Assembly (NCBI GenBank): GCA_903832205.1
Contig: CAILAH010000063.1
Location: forward strand, 1-45,314
DNA length: 45,314 bases
Reading direction: 5' to 3'
DNA from: an uncultured Candidatus Micrarchaeota archaeon
Lineage (GTDB): Archaea; Micrarchaeota; Micrarchaeia; CAILAH01
Notes under the pieces: model-generated
What the model saw: the letters and a program-made list of their open reading frames with translations, nothing else
What the model was told of the DNA's origin: nothing
Database searches by the model: none
Made by a program: the position numbers and the translations under genes
Part shown: piece after piece, positions 20,027 to 28,354 of the stretch
Position numbering within the stretch: position 1 is the first letter of the stretch
How the letters are laid out: every line of letters begins with the position of its first letter

Positions 20027-21877
20027 TTACATGTTACGTATGACCGGAATCCCAAGGATGTGCAGGCACGCCTCAAGGGCCTCGGCATATTTTTTCACGA
20101 GCCTTTTCCTGCTCTCGCTCACGCCCTTTTCCTCGCCGATAACCCTGCAGGCCGCATAAAACGAGTTGAATGCTGAGCACAGCTTTATTGCATAATCTGC
20201 CATGTTCTGCGGCGCATAGGTGTCCACCGCCCTGGCGCACACCTCGGGGAATTTTGCAATCTCCCGTATGAGCTGCAGCTCGCTTTTCTCCGTGAACACC
20301 AATTTTCCGTCCCAGTAATCGTCAATTGTTTCCTTGTCCAGGATGTGCACCGCGCGCGCATATGCGTACTGCAGGTAGGGGCCGCTGTCGCCCTCAAAGC
20401 TGAGCGCCTTTTCCCAGTCGAACACCAGCTCCTTCTCCGGGCCGAGCCTGATGAACGAGTACCTGATTGCGCTAATCCCGACAGCCTCGCTTATGCCTTT
20501 CTTCTCCTCCTCGCCGTAATCCCTGAACTTATCGCTGATGAGCGCGTGCGCCCTGCTCACACTCTCTTCCACCAGCTCATCCGCTGAGAATCCAATCCAA
20601 GTCCCCTTCCTGCCAGATAACTTTTTCCTATGAGAGGTCCTTTCCGCCTTGAGCGTCGCATGCCCGTATGAGATGTGCCTGTAATTGTTCGCCTCCTCTT
20701 TGAACCCGGCCATATCCAATGAAACTTTTATGACGTTCTGCGGGTACTCCTGCTCGACACCAATAATATTGACGACCTTTTTCGCATTGCTGAAGTTTGC
20801 CTGCTGCCCCTTTGCATTGCTCGTGAAAAGCAGCGCGCCGTTCTTCTGCATTGAGAACTTGTCAAACAGCAATTCATCCTTAATGATGCCCAATTTCCAC
20901 ATCTGGAACGCAATATCTTTTGCCGTATAGGTCGCAACGCCGTTCGCCCTCACCAGCACCTTGTCCGCATCCGTGAGATGCTTGAACATGGGGTGCCCGC
21001 TCAGCTCAATGATCTTGCACCCCGCATACTTGCTGTCCCCGCCGGCAGTTTTGAGTATTCCCTTCTTCTCCAGTAAGTCAAGCCCGTTCCTCATTAGCTT
21101 CGCGTGCACGATATCGCTTTCCCACACGAGCACGTTCTGAAATATGTTCAATCTCTGCAACGTAATCTTTTGCGCCTCAACGCACTGCACAGCCATCTCC
21201 CTGCCCATGCGCGATACCGTCTCGTCGCCCTCCTCCAGCTTCCTCATCAGCTCTTCCACTTCCCTCTTTACATCCGCGCTCTCCTCATACATCCTGGCGG
21301 CTTCAACATACTTCTCGCCGAGCCACATATCATATTTCTTCCCCTTCTCAACCGTGGCACCGCGCATGCACGCCCACAGGCTCTGTGCCACCTGCAGCCC
21401 CAGGTCGTCGATGTAGTCCATCCTCACCACATCAAAGCCGCCATAGTCAAGCAGGTTGGCAATGCAGTCGCCTATAATCCCATTCCTCAGATGCCCGATG
21501 TGCAGCGGCTTGTTCGGGTTAACAGAAGGGTACTCGACAATGACCTTAACGCCGTTCTTTGCAAACCTGTGCTCATACTTCCCTACAAAATCCGTATAGA
21601 ATTTTTCAGTGAGCGTGAAATTGATATAGCCGTTCGCATTCTTCATCGTATAATGCCCGCTCTCCAAATGCGGCATAATCTTCTCCGCAATCTCTGCGGG
21701 CTTTGCCTTTGCATCCTTTGCAACCCTGAACGCTATCCTGCACTCAACATCAACGCCCTCGACTCCCCCGTCCTGCACAAGGTTGAGCACCTCCTCCTTT
21801 GCAATCGCTATCCCGTACTCCTTCTCAAGCGCCACGCTTGCCTTCCCTGAAATTTCCTTCTTGATTTCAATAATCAT
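20027..21877 (-). CDS. argS: Arginine--tRNA ligase
   Basis: VEYPSVNPNKPLHIGHLRN (HIGH), DDLGLQ, TYTAKDIA, LSGRKG, FEGDSGPYLQYAYARA, FNSFY. Confidence 0.97.
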   Translation of the reverse strand: MIIEIKKEISGKASVALEKEYGIAIAKEEVLNLVQDGGVEGVDVECRIAFRVAKDAKAKPAEIAEKIMPHLESGHYTMKNANGYINFTLTEKFYTDFVGKYEHRFAKNGVKVIVEYPSVNPNKPLHIGHLRNGIIGDCIANLLDYGGFDVVRMDYIDDLGLQVAQSLWACMRGATVEKGKKYDMWLGEKYVEAARMYEESADVKREVEELMRKLEEGDETVSRMGREMAVQCVEAQKITLQRLNIFQNVLVWESDIVHAKLMRNGLDLLEKKGILKTAGGDSKYAGCKIIELSGHPMFKHLTDADKVLVRANGVATYTAKDIAFQMWKLGIIKDELLFDKFSMQKNGALLFTSNAKGQQANFSNAKKVVNIIGVEQEYPQNVIKVSLDMAGFKEEANNYRHISYGHATLKAERTSHRKKLSGRKGTWIGFSADELVEESVSRAHALISDKFRDYGEEEKKGISEAVGISAIRYSFIRLGPEKELVFDWEKALSFEGDSGPYLQYAYARAVHILDKETIDDYWDGKLVFTEKSELQLIREIAKFPEVCARAVDTYAPQNMADYAIKLCSAFNSFYAACRVIGEEKGVSESRKRLVKKYAEALEACLHILGIPVIRNM

Positions 21878-21886
21878 TTGAGCACC

Positions 21887-21990
21887 TCACTGATGGGGAA
21901 CCTAGGTTCCCCCTGTGCATCTTCGCCGTGCGAAGATGATGCATCATTCGGCTCCGCCGAATGCATGTCGTGTGGTCTACACCCCTTCCT
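21887..21990. repeat. Palindromic element B (long form), free copy between ogg and argS
   Basis: Matches 27461-27564 at 101 of 104 nt; CACTGATG-hairpins-TCGTGTGGTCTACACC. Confidence 0.92.
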
Positions 21991-22020
21991 ATTTACAATG
22001 TATGGTCCACACGTTTCCAT

Positions 22021-22650
22021 TTATTTTAACACCTTGTTTGTCTTGAAATACCACAGGTACATATCTAATTTGCCGTTAGGCATTTTAGCCTTTTTCGCAA
22101 TGCCTTTTAATATACCCTCAATTTCCATATATCTTTGCCTGTTCATGGAAGTGAAATGCCCAATCAATCCATACTCCCTCATGAGCCTTAATACATGCAA
22201 ATCGATAATCGCAACGTCCTTTCCCACACCTACATTCCTGAGGAAATGGCTGGCCTCCTTGTATCCCATGCCTTTCACGTTCTGCACGAGCCACTCGCGC
22301 GCCTCATCAACCTCTGTAAAATCCATAATTATGTCTTTTAATTTCCCGTCGAACCTTCTCGCGCCGATGATGAATTCCGCCCTCCTGTTGTAAAACCTGG
22401 AGCCCGCAGCCCTCAATTCAGCAGCGAGCTTTTTCTCAGGCGTTTTTGCAAACCCCTCATAGCCGAGCGCATTCTGCACGCGCATCCCCATCTCCGCGGA
22501 TGTATTTGCAGTTAGTATGCAGAAGCACAGCTCGGAAAACCATTTCTTCTCCCCTGCGTTAAGCATCCCCTGAAAATCCTCCCACCTATCTTTTATTGCT
22601 TTTATTGTTTCATCGTCAGTGCCAGCAATCCTTTTAAGCAGTGGGTCCAT
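22021..22650 (-). CDS. ogg: 8-oxoguanine DNA glycosylase/AP lyase (HhH-GPD, Ogg2 type)
   Basis: FSELCFCILTAN, RFYNRRA, REWLVQNVKGMGYKEASHFLRNVG, AIIDLH, LDMYLWY, C-terminal VLK. Confidence 0.93.
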   Translation of the reverse strand: MDPLLKRIAGTDDETIKAIKDRWEDFQGMLNAGEKKWFSELCFCILTANTSAEMGMRVQNALGYEGFAKTPEKKLAAELRAAGSRFYNRRAEFIIGARRFDGKLKDIIMDFTEVDEAREWLVQNVKGMGYKEASHFLRNVGVGKDVAIIDLHVLRLMREYGLIGHFTSMNRQRYMEIEGILKGIAKKAKMPNGKLDMYLWYFKTNKVLK

Positions 22651-22709
22651 CGTAAGCTTATGCCTCAAAACCTTTTTAAAGCGGAATTAAGAGAATACTT
22701 ACGACACAA

Positions 22710-23423
22710 ATGAAAATGCTCAAGCCCAAAAGGCAGACAATCCGCAGGCATTCTGCCTGGGACGAGTTCGACCGCAGGAAAACAAGAAGGGAGCGCAATA
22801 TTGACGAGTACCTGTGCATTGTCAACCACTTACTGTTCGATTCGGTCCGCAAGTCTTATGCTGCGGGTGTAAGGGAGTCGCTGGCTGAGGGGGCAAACGT
22901 CGATGCCAAGGGAGATTATAACCTGACACCGCTCATGATTGCTGCGCAGCGTGGCGATGTCCTGATGTCAGAGCTTCTCCTTTCATTCAATGCAAACATA
23001 AATCAGGGCGACAAGTACGGCCTCAGCGCATTGATGTTCGCTGCGATGAAGAACCGCCTCGATGTTGCCCTGCAGCTTCTGAAAAAAGGCGCATACGTGA
23101 ATGCGGAGAGCGAGGACGGCAACACTGCGCTCATCTTTGCCGCCATTGAGGGCAACGTGAGCATGGCGCGGCTCCTCATCAGCAATGGCGCCTCAGTAAA
23201 CCAGGTCAACGATGATAAGGTTACGACCATAATGCTCTCGTCCTACAAAGGCCACAGGGGCATGGTCCTGCTGCTTGTGGAGAGCGGGGCGGACGTGAAC
23301 CTATTGGATAACGAGGGAAATTCCGCACTGGCATACGCGCAGCGAAAACACCATTTGGAAATCATGAATATACTAATCAATGCGGGCGCACTCTACGTCG
23401 TCAAAAAATCCGGAAAGGCGTGA
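22710..23423 (+). CDS. Ankyrin repeat protein with a basic N-terminal extension
   Basis: About five ankyrin repeats (TPLMIAA, SALMFAA, TALIFAA, TTIMLSS, SALAYA; L...GA.vN). Confidence 0.92.
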   Translation: MKMLKPKRQTIRRHSAWDEFDRRKTRRERNIDEYLCIVNHLLFDSVRKSYAAGVRESLAEGANVDAKGDYNLTPLMIAAQRGDVLMSELLLSFNANINQGDKYGLSALMFAAMKNRLDVALQLLKKGAYVNAESEDGNTALIFAAIEGNVSMARLLISNGASVNQVNDDKVTTIMLSSYKGHRGMVLLLVESGADVNLLDNEGNSALAYAQRKHHLEIMNILINAGALYVVKKSGKA

Positions 23424-23425
23424 AA

Positions 23426-23887
23426 TTATTCTTCCCTCTGCGCCACGCCAATGTCTTTTACCCTTTTCTTTATTTCCACTTCGCTTGGCTTAAGCCTGAA
23501 CGCCAGCGGCACTCCTGTCTTTCGGTCCATGGAATCGTCGGCATTGCGCCTCAATTCACTCAGCATGGACCGCCTGAGCTCTGTCTTTATTTCGGTCCCG
23601 TCACTTCTAATTATGGTGCCGTCCCTGAGCATTTCCCTCAGTGCGGCGTATTGCTCTGGCCCTGACTTGAGGTTCAGGGGCACGGGCTTCCCGTTCTCAT
23701 AAAATTCCTGCTTGGGAACATTATTGGTTTTTATCGTATAAGCAGCATTCCCCCACGTGAGCGTAAACTCGTGGGCATAGTTAACCTGCTCTTTTTCCTT
23801 CTCCTTATATACCTGCGATCCCTTGTCTACCATTTCTATCCCCAATAACAATTGGGTATATGGCTTTAAATATTTTCCGAAATCCAT
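23426..23887 (-). CDS. Hypothetical protein
   Basis: 153-aa ORF filling the gap 20 bp downstream of gatE on the same strand; no recognisable motif. Confidence 0.6.
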   Translation of the reverse strand: MDFGKYLKPYTQLLLGIEMVDKGSQVYKEKEKEQVNYAHEFTLTWGNAAYTIKTNNVPKQEFYENGKPVPLNLKSGPEQYAALREMLRDGTIIRSDGTEIKTELRRSMLSELRRNADDSMDRKTGVPLAFRLKPSEVEIKKRVKDIGVAQREE

Positions 23888-23907
23888 GTTTTTTAATCAG
23901 ACGCGAA

Positions 23908-25680
23908 TTATTTCTTCCCAATCAGCTGCATGAGTTCCTCAGCCTCAATCCTCAGCCTGTATTTTGCAAGTATCTTTTGCGCATCCCCGCCCTCTTCTTC
24001 AATTATTTTCTTGAGTGCTGCTCCTGTAATCCTCCCAAGCCCCTTTTCCTTGATTATCACATCAATCCCGGCTTTTGGGTTTTTGCACAATTCTCTGATA
24101 AGCTCCTCAATCGCCTTTTTTGTTATCCTGTTATGCGCATACTGCTGCAGCACCTCAATTAACCGTTCGTCATCAATCCTGTCAACGGGAATCCCTTCCC
24201 TTGAAATCGTCTTGAGCGAGCTCACGAACGTAACCGCGGCAACCTTGGCGTCAACGCCCATCCCAACCGCCCTGTTATATGCGCCAAGATGCGGCGAGCG
24301 CAGCAGCTGCGGCGCCAAATCCTTATTTGTCTGCCCCTCCAGCTCGCGCAGCACATCCTCTGGGTTTCTCGGAGCATATTTCTCCGATTCCCTAATCAAA
24401 TCCTCTGTTACGATGATGGGCTCCACATCCGTTTCAGGGTACATCCTTGCGCCAGTGGGCATGGGCCTCATGAACTGGCTCTCCCCGTTCTTGAGCGGCT
24501 TTCTTGTCTCGCTGGGGATCTTTTTCATGTACGCCCTCTCAACAACGCTCTGGAACGCGAGCCTCATCTTCTCGTCAAAATCTCCAATCAGTATTGCGTA
24601 TGAGCTTCTCAGGCCGGCCTTCAATTCCTTCTCAACCGCATTCTTGTCAACGCCGTATTTCTCGAAATCCTCATCACCGTGAATCATCCCGCCGAACCCA
24701 AACGTCCTTGCATAGTCCGCAAGCTCCGTCCCGTATCTCCTGTTCTCGTACAATTCAAAGCCGAGCATTCCCTTCAATCCCGGAAGCAGTATGCCAATTA
24801 CGCGCGCCCCATTTCCTATCGCTTTTGGAATGAATCCCTTACCGCTCTTGAACAGCTCGGTCAAATCAACATAATCCGGCTCTTCAGGGTTTTTCGGCTT
24901 TTCCTCCGCAGGAATTTTCCTGATGAGCTCAATCAGCCTCTCCTGCCTCAGCACTTCCCTGTTCACGATCAGCGGGATGTCATCGAGCTCCTGCACGCCC
25001 TTGATTTCACAGCGCACACCGCCGTCCACAGAAATATTCATGTCCTGCCTTATTGTCCCGATTCCTCTCGCAGCCATCCCGGTCATGCGGAGCATCATCC
25101 CGATTGATTCGGCAACCTCGCGCGCGTGCTCCCCGTCCTTAATGTCGGGCGCGGTGGCAATCTCTATGAGTGGCACACCCAATCTGTCAAGCGAAAACCT
25201 CGCGCTCCCCTTTTCCTCCAAAATCCCTGCGCTTTCCTCCTCAACGAACAGCGCCTGGATTCCTACCTTTCCACCTTTGCAATCTAAGTGCCCGCCAAGC
25301 CCCACAAGCCCGGACCTTTGGAACCCGGATGTGTTGCTCCCGTCAATCACAATCTTCCTCATGAAGAAAATCTCATCCGCGATTGCCATGCGCATGTGCC
25401 TTGCAACCGCAACTGCAACCTCCAGCGCAGCAACATCCGCATCGTGGGGCGGCTCCTCATCTGTCTCCACAAGGCATGAGTTGTCATATACAGAATACAC
25501 AAAATTTGCGCTCTTGAGCTCCTCCCTTACGGCGGCAATGTCCTTCTCGCCCATCTCGCTCTTCACCGCGTGCAGTCTCCGTTTTATCTCGCCTTTCACA
25601 ATGCCCGCAGAATGGGATGGGCACCTGCAGAACAGCTTGCCCGTGTTGAGCCTCTGGTGTATTTCAATCCCGACCTTCAC
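23908..25680 (-). CDS. gatE: Glutamyl-tRNA(Gln) amidotransferase subunit E
   Basis: KVGIEIHQRL..GKLFC.C, DEEPPH, RKIVIDGSNTSGFQRS, LDRLGVPLIEIAT, RGIGTIRQD, GARMYPETD; GTG start. Confidence 0.95.
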   Translation of the reverse strand: MKVGIEIHQRLNTGKLFCRCPSHSAGIVKGEIKRRLHAVKSEMGEKDIAAVREELKSANFVYSVYDNSCLVETDEEPPHDADVAALEVAVAVARHMRMAIADEIFFMRKIVIDGSNTSGFQRSGLVGLGGHLDCKGGKVGIQALFVEEESAGILEEKGSARFSLDRLGVPLIEIATAPDIKDGEHAREVAESIGMMLRMTGMAARGIGTIRQDMNISVDGGVRCEIKGVQELDDIPLIVNREVLRQERLIELIRKIPAEEKPKNPEEPDYVDLTELFKSGKGFIPKAIGNGARVIGILLPGLKGMLGFELYENRRYGTELADYARTFGFGGMIHGDEDFEKYGVDKNAVEKELKAGLRSSYAILIGDFDEKMRLAFQSVVERAYMKKIPSETRKPLKNGESQFMRPMPTGARMYPETDVEPIIVTEDLIRESEKYAPRNPEDVLRELEGQTNKDLAPQLLRSPHLGAYNRAVGMGVDAKVAAVTFVSSLKTISREGIPVDRIDDERLIEVLQQYAHNRITKKAIEELIRELCKNPKAGIDVIIKEKGLGRITGAALKKIIEEEGGDAQKILAKYRLRIEAEELMQLIGKK

Positions 25681-25732
25681 TCCTTATTCTCCTCGCAAAA
25701 TGCTTTAAATATTACGCATTATTAATACATCC

Positions 25733-26359
25733 ATGTCTTCAGACCAGCTCATACCGACTCGCATGGAGCTCATGAAAATCAAGGACAGGAAGAAGCTTGC
25801 CGAGAGGGGGCACAAACTGCTTAAGCAGAAGCGTGACGCCCTGATAATCGAATTCTTCAAGATATATAACCGCGCCAGCGATATGAGGGAGAGGCTGAAC
25901 GGGGAGCTCTACAAGGCATACATGCAGATGGCCACTGTTGAGATTCGCCACGGCCCGCTAATGCTCAACGCCGCCGCTGAAGGCATGCCCGAGCCCTATG
26001 TCATAGAGGTCAGGGAAAGGAACGTGATGGGAGTCCGCATACCCGAAGTGAAGAAGGAAAAGAAGGAAACCGGCTATGCCTACAGCGTCATGACGACCGA
26101 TTACAGCATGGATGAGACCGTTGCCGCGTTCCAGAAAGTGTTAACGATGATTCTTGAGCTTGCGGAGACCGAAAATGCGCTCAAGAGGATAATCAAGGAC
26201 ATTGAGAAGACCAAGAGGCGCGTCAACGCGCTCGAGTACATTCTTATCCCGAGGCTTGAGGGGCAGGGAAAGCTGATTACGCTCAGGCTTGAGGAGATAG
26301 AAAGGGAAAGCTTCTTCGTGCTCAAGCAGCTGAAAAGAAAGGCAAACGCCAACGGCTAA
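25733..26359 (+). CDS. atpD: A/V-type ATP synthase subunit D
   Basis: PTRMEL, RGHKLLKQKRDAL, NVMGVRIP, IEKTKRRVNALE..LIP, LEEIERESF. Confidence 0.95.
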   Translation: MSSDQLIPTRMELMKIKDRKKLAERGHKLLKQKRDALIIEFFKIYNRASDMRERLNGELYKAYMQMATVEIRHGPLMLNAAAEGMPEPYVIEVRERNVMGVRIPEVKKEKKETGYAYSVMTTDYSMDETVAAFQKVLTMILELAETENALKRIIKDIEKTKRRVNALEYILIPRLEGQGKLITLRLEEIERESFFVLKQLKRKANANG

Positions 26360-26415
26360 TTCTGTTGCATTATCTATTTTTCAACCGCACAGGAGAATAA
26401 AACAGAAAGAAATAG

Positions 26416-27432
26416 TTAGCCTGTCCTGGCCCTCTGGTAGCATTGGTTCTGCCAGTCCCTGTAGAGCGGGTCGGTTATCTTGTCGCATTCTGACCTTAGC
26501 GTCTCATTATCAACTATGCTGTCCGCGAAGCAGCCCCAGATATAGCCGGACTCATTTATGTCCTGGCAGATGGACGGCATCAGGTTAATCTGCGCAACCC
26601 TCACCTTGCAGTATGCAATGTCCTTTGCAGCGGAAGCAAACGTGCCGCTATATTCGCAGAGGCTCGGGTCTTTGAGTTTTCCCGCAACATCGATAAGACA
26701 GTCCTTCCTTGTCTTGTAGGAGGTTATGGGCAGGCACTCGGAATAATTGCCGCTTGAATAGGCGACACTCGACTGGCAGTCCTCCCTGTAGATTTGGTCA
26801 CTTATCTGGTTGCATATGTTTCCATTCGTTCCCGTAATCCTCGCGAACGTCTTTATGCACTCTTTCCTGGAGGCGTCATATTGCTCATAAACATAGCACC
26901 TGTAGGGGTCCATCAGCAGTATTGAATTGCACGCGCTCTTGTCCATGCTTCCGGAAGTAATCGCATCACACGCCTTGCTGCTGTTGGTCTTGAATGCGAA
27001 TTTCAGCAGGCATTCGCTGTTTGTGCCGCAGTAAAACAAGTCATTTGAGGCAAGCGCCTTGCACAATGACTGGTCCGGGTCGTTGGCGCACATTGAGAAC
27101 CCGACGCTGATCTGGCAGTTGTGCCTCATCTCATCATTCACAATCCCGCTACAGTTAGTCGCAGTGAAATAACAGGAGTCCTTAAGTGAGGCATCCTCAA
27201 TATAGGAGCATAGTGACTTGTTCAGCAGGCAGGCATCCACATCCGCCCTCGTAAGCCCCCTGCACGGCCCGACCACAATCTCCTTTGTTACGTTTTCCAC
27301 TGTTTGGTTCTCCGTCAGGTTTTCCGTCACATTTGGCTTTGGCGGCTTTGGCGGCGTGGGCGGCTCAAAGCATCCGGCCATGAACGAAAACAACAATACT
27401 GCGATAATGAACACGAAAATAGCTCCCTTCAT
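26416..27432 (-). CDS. Cys-repeat lipoprotein (C-x2-I-x6/8-C units)
   Basis: Lipobox-like FMAGC, Pro-rich linker, repeats such as CSYIEDASLKDSC, CNQISDQIYREDC, CLPITSYKTRKDC; many N-x-T sequons. Confidence 0.78.
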   Translation of the reverse strand: MKGAIFVFIIAVLLFSFMAGCFEPPTPPKPPKPNVTENLTENQTVENVTKEIVVGPCRGLTRADVDACLLNKSLCSYIEDASLKDSCYFTATNCSGIVNDEMRHNCQISVGFSMCANDPDQSLCKALASNDLFYCGTNSECLLKFAFKTNSSKACDAITSGSMDKSACNSILLMDPYRCYVYEQYDASRKECIKTFARITGTNGNICNQISDQIYREDCQSSVAYSSGNYSECLPITSYKTRKDCLIDVAGKLKDPSLCEYSGTFASAAKDIAYCKVRVAQINLMPSICQDINESGYIWGCFADSIVDNETLRSECDKITDPLYRDWQNQCYQRARTG

Positions 27433-27460
27433 GCCTTACCCTTCGTTAATAATATTTAAA

Positions 27461-27564
27461 TCACTGATGGGGAACCCAGGTTCCCCCCGTGCATCTTCGC
27501 CGTGCGAAGATGATGCATCATTCGGCTCCGCCGAATGCATGTCGTGTGGTCTACACCCCCTCCT
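27461..27564. repeat. Palindromic element B (long form), free copy upstream of tRNA-Glu
   Basis: Near-identical to 21887-21990; bracketed by AATATTTAAAT at 27451-27461 and 27568-27578. Confidence 0.92.
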
Positions 27565-27646
27565 GCGAATATTTAAATTTGTTATCTACTCAAAGAACGT
27601 CATAGGGCTCCTGTAGTCTAGCCCGGTTAAGGACATTGGCCTCTCA

Positions 27647-27777
27647 AACACTGATGGAAGGGGGCACATCCCCCTTCCCTCGTGTGGCGTCAACCTATGG
27701 TTGACGACTTGCACAAACCTCGTTTGTGCAATGGTCTACACCTAACCCCCTGCGGGTTTGGGTTGTACTAAAGAGAA
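27647..27777 (+). other. tRNA-Glu intron 1 (position 37/38, 131 nt) containing an element B variant and module C
   Basis: Relaxed BHB: C32-U35 pairs with AGAG 27772-27775, bulge AA^C. CACTGATG begins at 27649 and TGGTCTACACC ends at 27742. Confidence 0.85.
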
Positions 27778-27798
27778 CGCCGAAAGCCCGGGTTCGAA

Positions 27799-27927
27799 TC
27801 TCAGCCCAAGGGGGAGCGCCGCATTTTCGCAGCGGCGAAAAGCGACACCTTTTGGCTCTCAGCCAAAAGAGCGCCCCCTTAGTCCGAGACCGCCCAAACC
27901 CCCAATGGTTTGGTGGTATTTCGAAAA
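27799..27927 (+). other. tRNA-Glu intron 2 (T-loop position 59/60, 129 nt) made of element A plus a module C hairpin
   Basis: UUCG (54-57) pairs with CGAA 27922-27925, with bulges AA^U on both sides. 27799-27903 repeats 19917-20021. Confidence 0.85.
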
Positions 27928-27987
27928 TCCCGGCAGGAGCTTTCTTATTCTTTTATTTCTTGCTGCAGATACCCTAGTGGTGAGCCT

Positions 27988-28293
27988 ATGGGTATAATAC
28001 AAGAGTTCAAGGATTTCCTGAACGAGTACAAGGTTGTTGGCCTTGCCGTCGCTTTCATAATGGGCGCCGCCACAACAACACTCGTGCAGTCGCTTGTCAA
28101 CAGCATCATAATGCCAGTTATCGGCATATTCCTGCCCGCGGGTGACTGGCAAACGGCAACGATAATGGTTGGCTCGGCAAAAATAGTGTGGGGCGCATTC
28201 GTTGCGGCACTGATTAACTTCATCATCATCGCGGTCGTGATTTTCCTGATTGCGAAGATAATGCTTAAGGAAGATAAGGTCTCGAAGAAATAA
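27988..28293 (+). CDS. mscL: Large-conductance mechanosensitive channel (short form)
   Basis: IQEFKDFL...VVGLAVAFIMG.A...LVQSLVNSIIMP, WGAFVAALINFIIIA; SD GGTGA before ATG 27988. Confidence 0.93.
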   Translation: MGIIQEFKDFLNEYKVVGLAVAFIMGAATTTLVQSLVNSIIMPVIGIFLPAGDWQTATIMVGSAKIVWGAFVAALINFIIIAVVIFLIAKIMLKEDKVSKK

Positions 28294-28354
28294 GGCATTT
28301 TTCTTGCCCTTTTTTTTGATTTTCTTTATTAATTTCACGCGAGATTATAGCCTT

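Larger units (their letters stand above)
27607..27941 (+). tRNA. tRNA-Glu(CUC) with two introns; exons 27607-27646, 27778-27798, 27928-27941
   Basis: Joined exons give acceptor stem GCTCCTG/CAGGAGC, anticodon stem TTGGC/GCCGA with loop CT-CTC-AC, and T arm CCGGG-TTCGAAT-CCCGG. Splice helices are CUCU/AGAG and UUCG/CGAA, each next to a 3-nt bulge. Confidence 0.92.

Noticed and set aside
20605-20655. Few-residue insertion before the KLSGRKG motif of ArgRS as a possible mRNA intron or mini-element
   Set aside because: It is in frame, shows no convincing BHB or repeat similarity, and lies in a naturally variable loop.
21887-27564. Box C/D sRNA reading of element B (CUGA and UGAUG motifs)
   Set aside because: There is no properly ordered terminal C and D box pair, and the element occurs in both orientations relative to transcription. 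Not fully excluded.
27726-27997. Short ORFs over the tRNA-Glu region and the MscL extension from 27910; likewise ORFs 19706-20176, 21878-22393 and 27218-27616 that share peptide text
   Set aside because: They are translations of tRNA or repeat DNA, and the shared peptides simply reflect elements A and B. MscL has an SD before ATG 27988.
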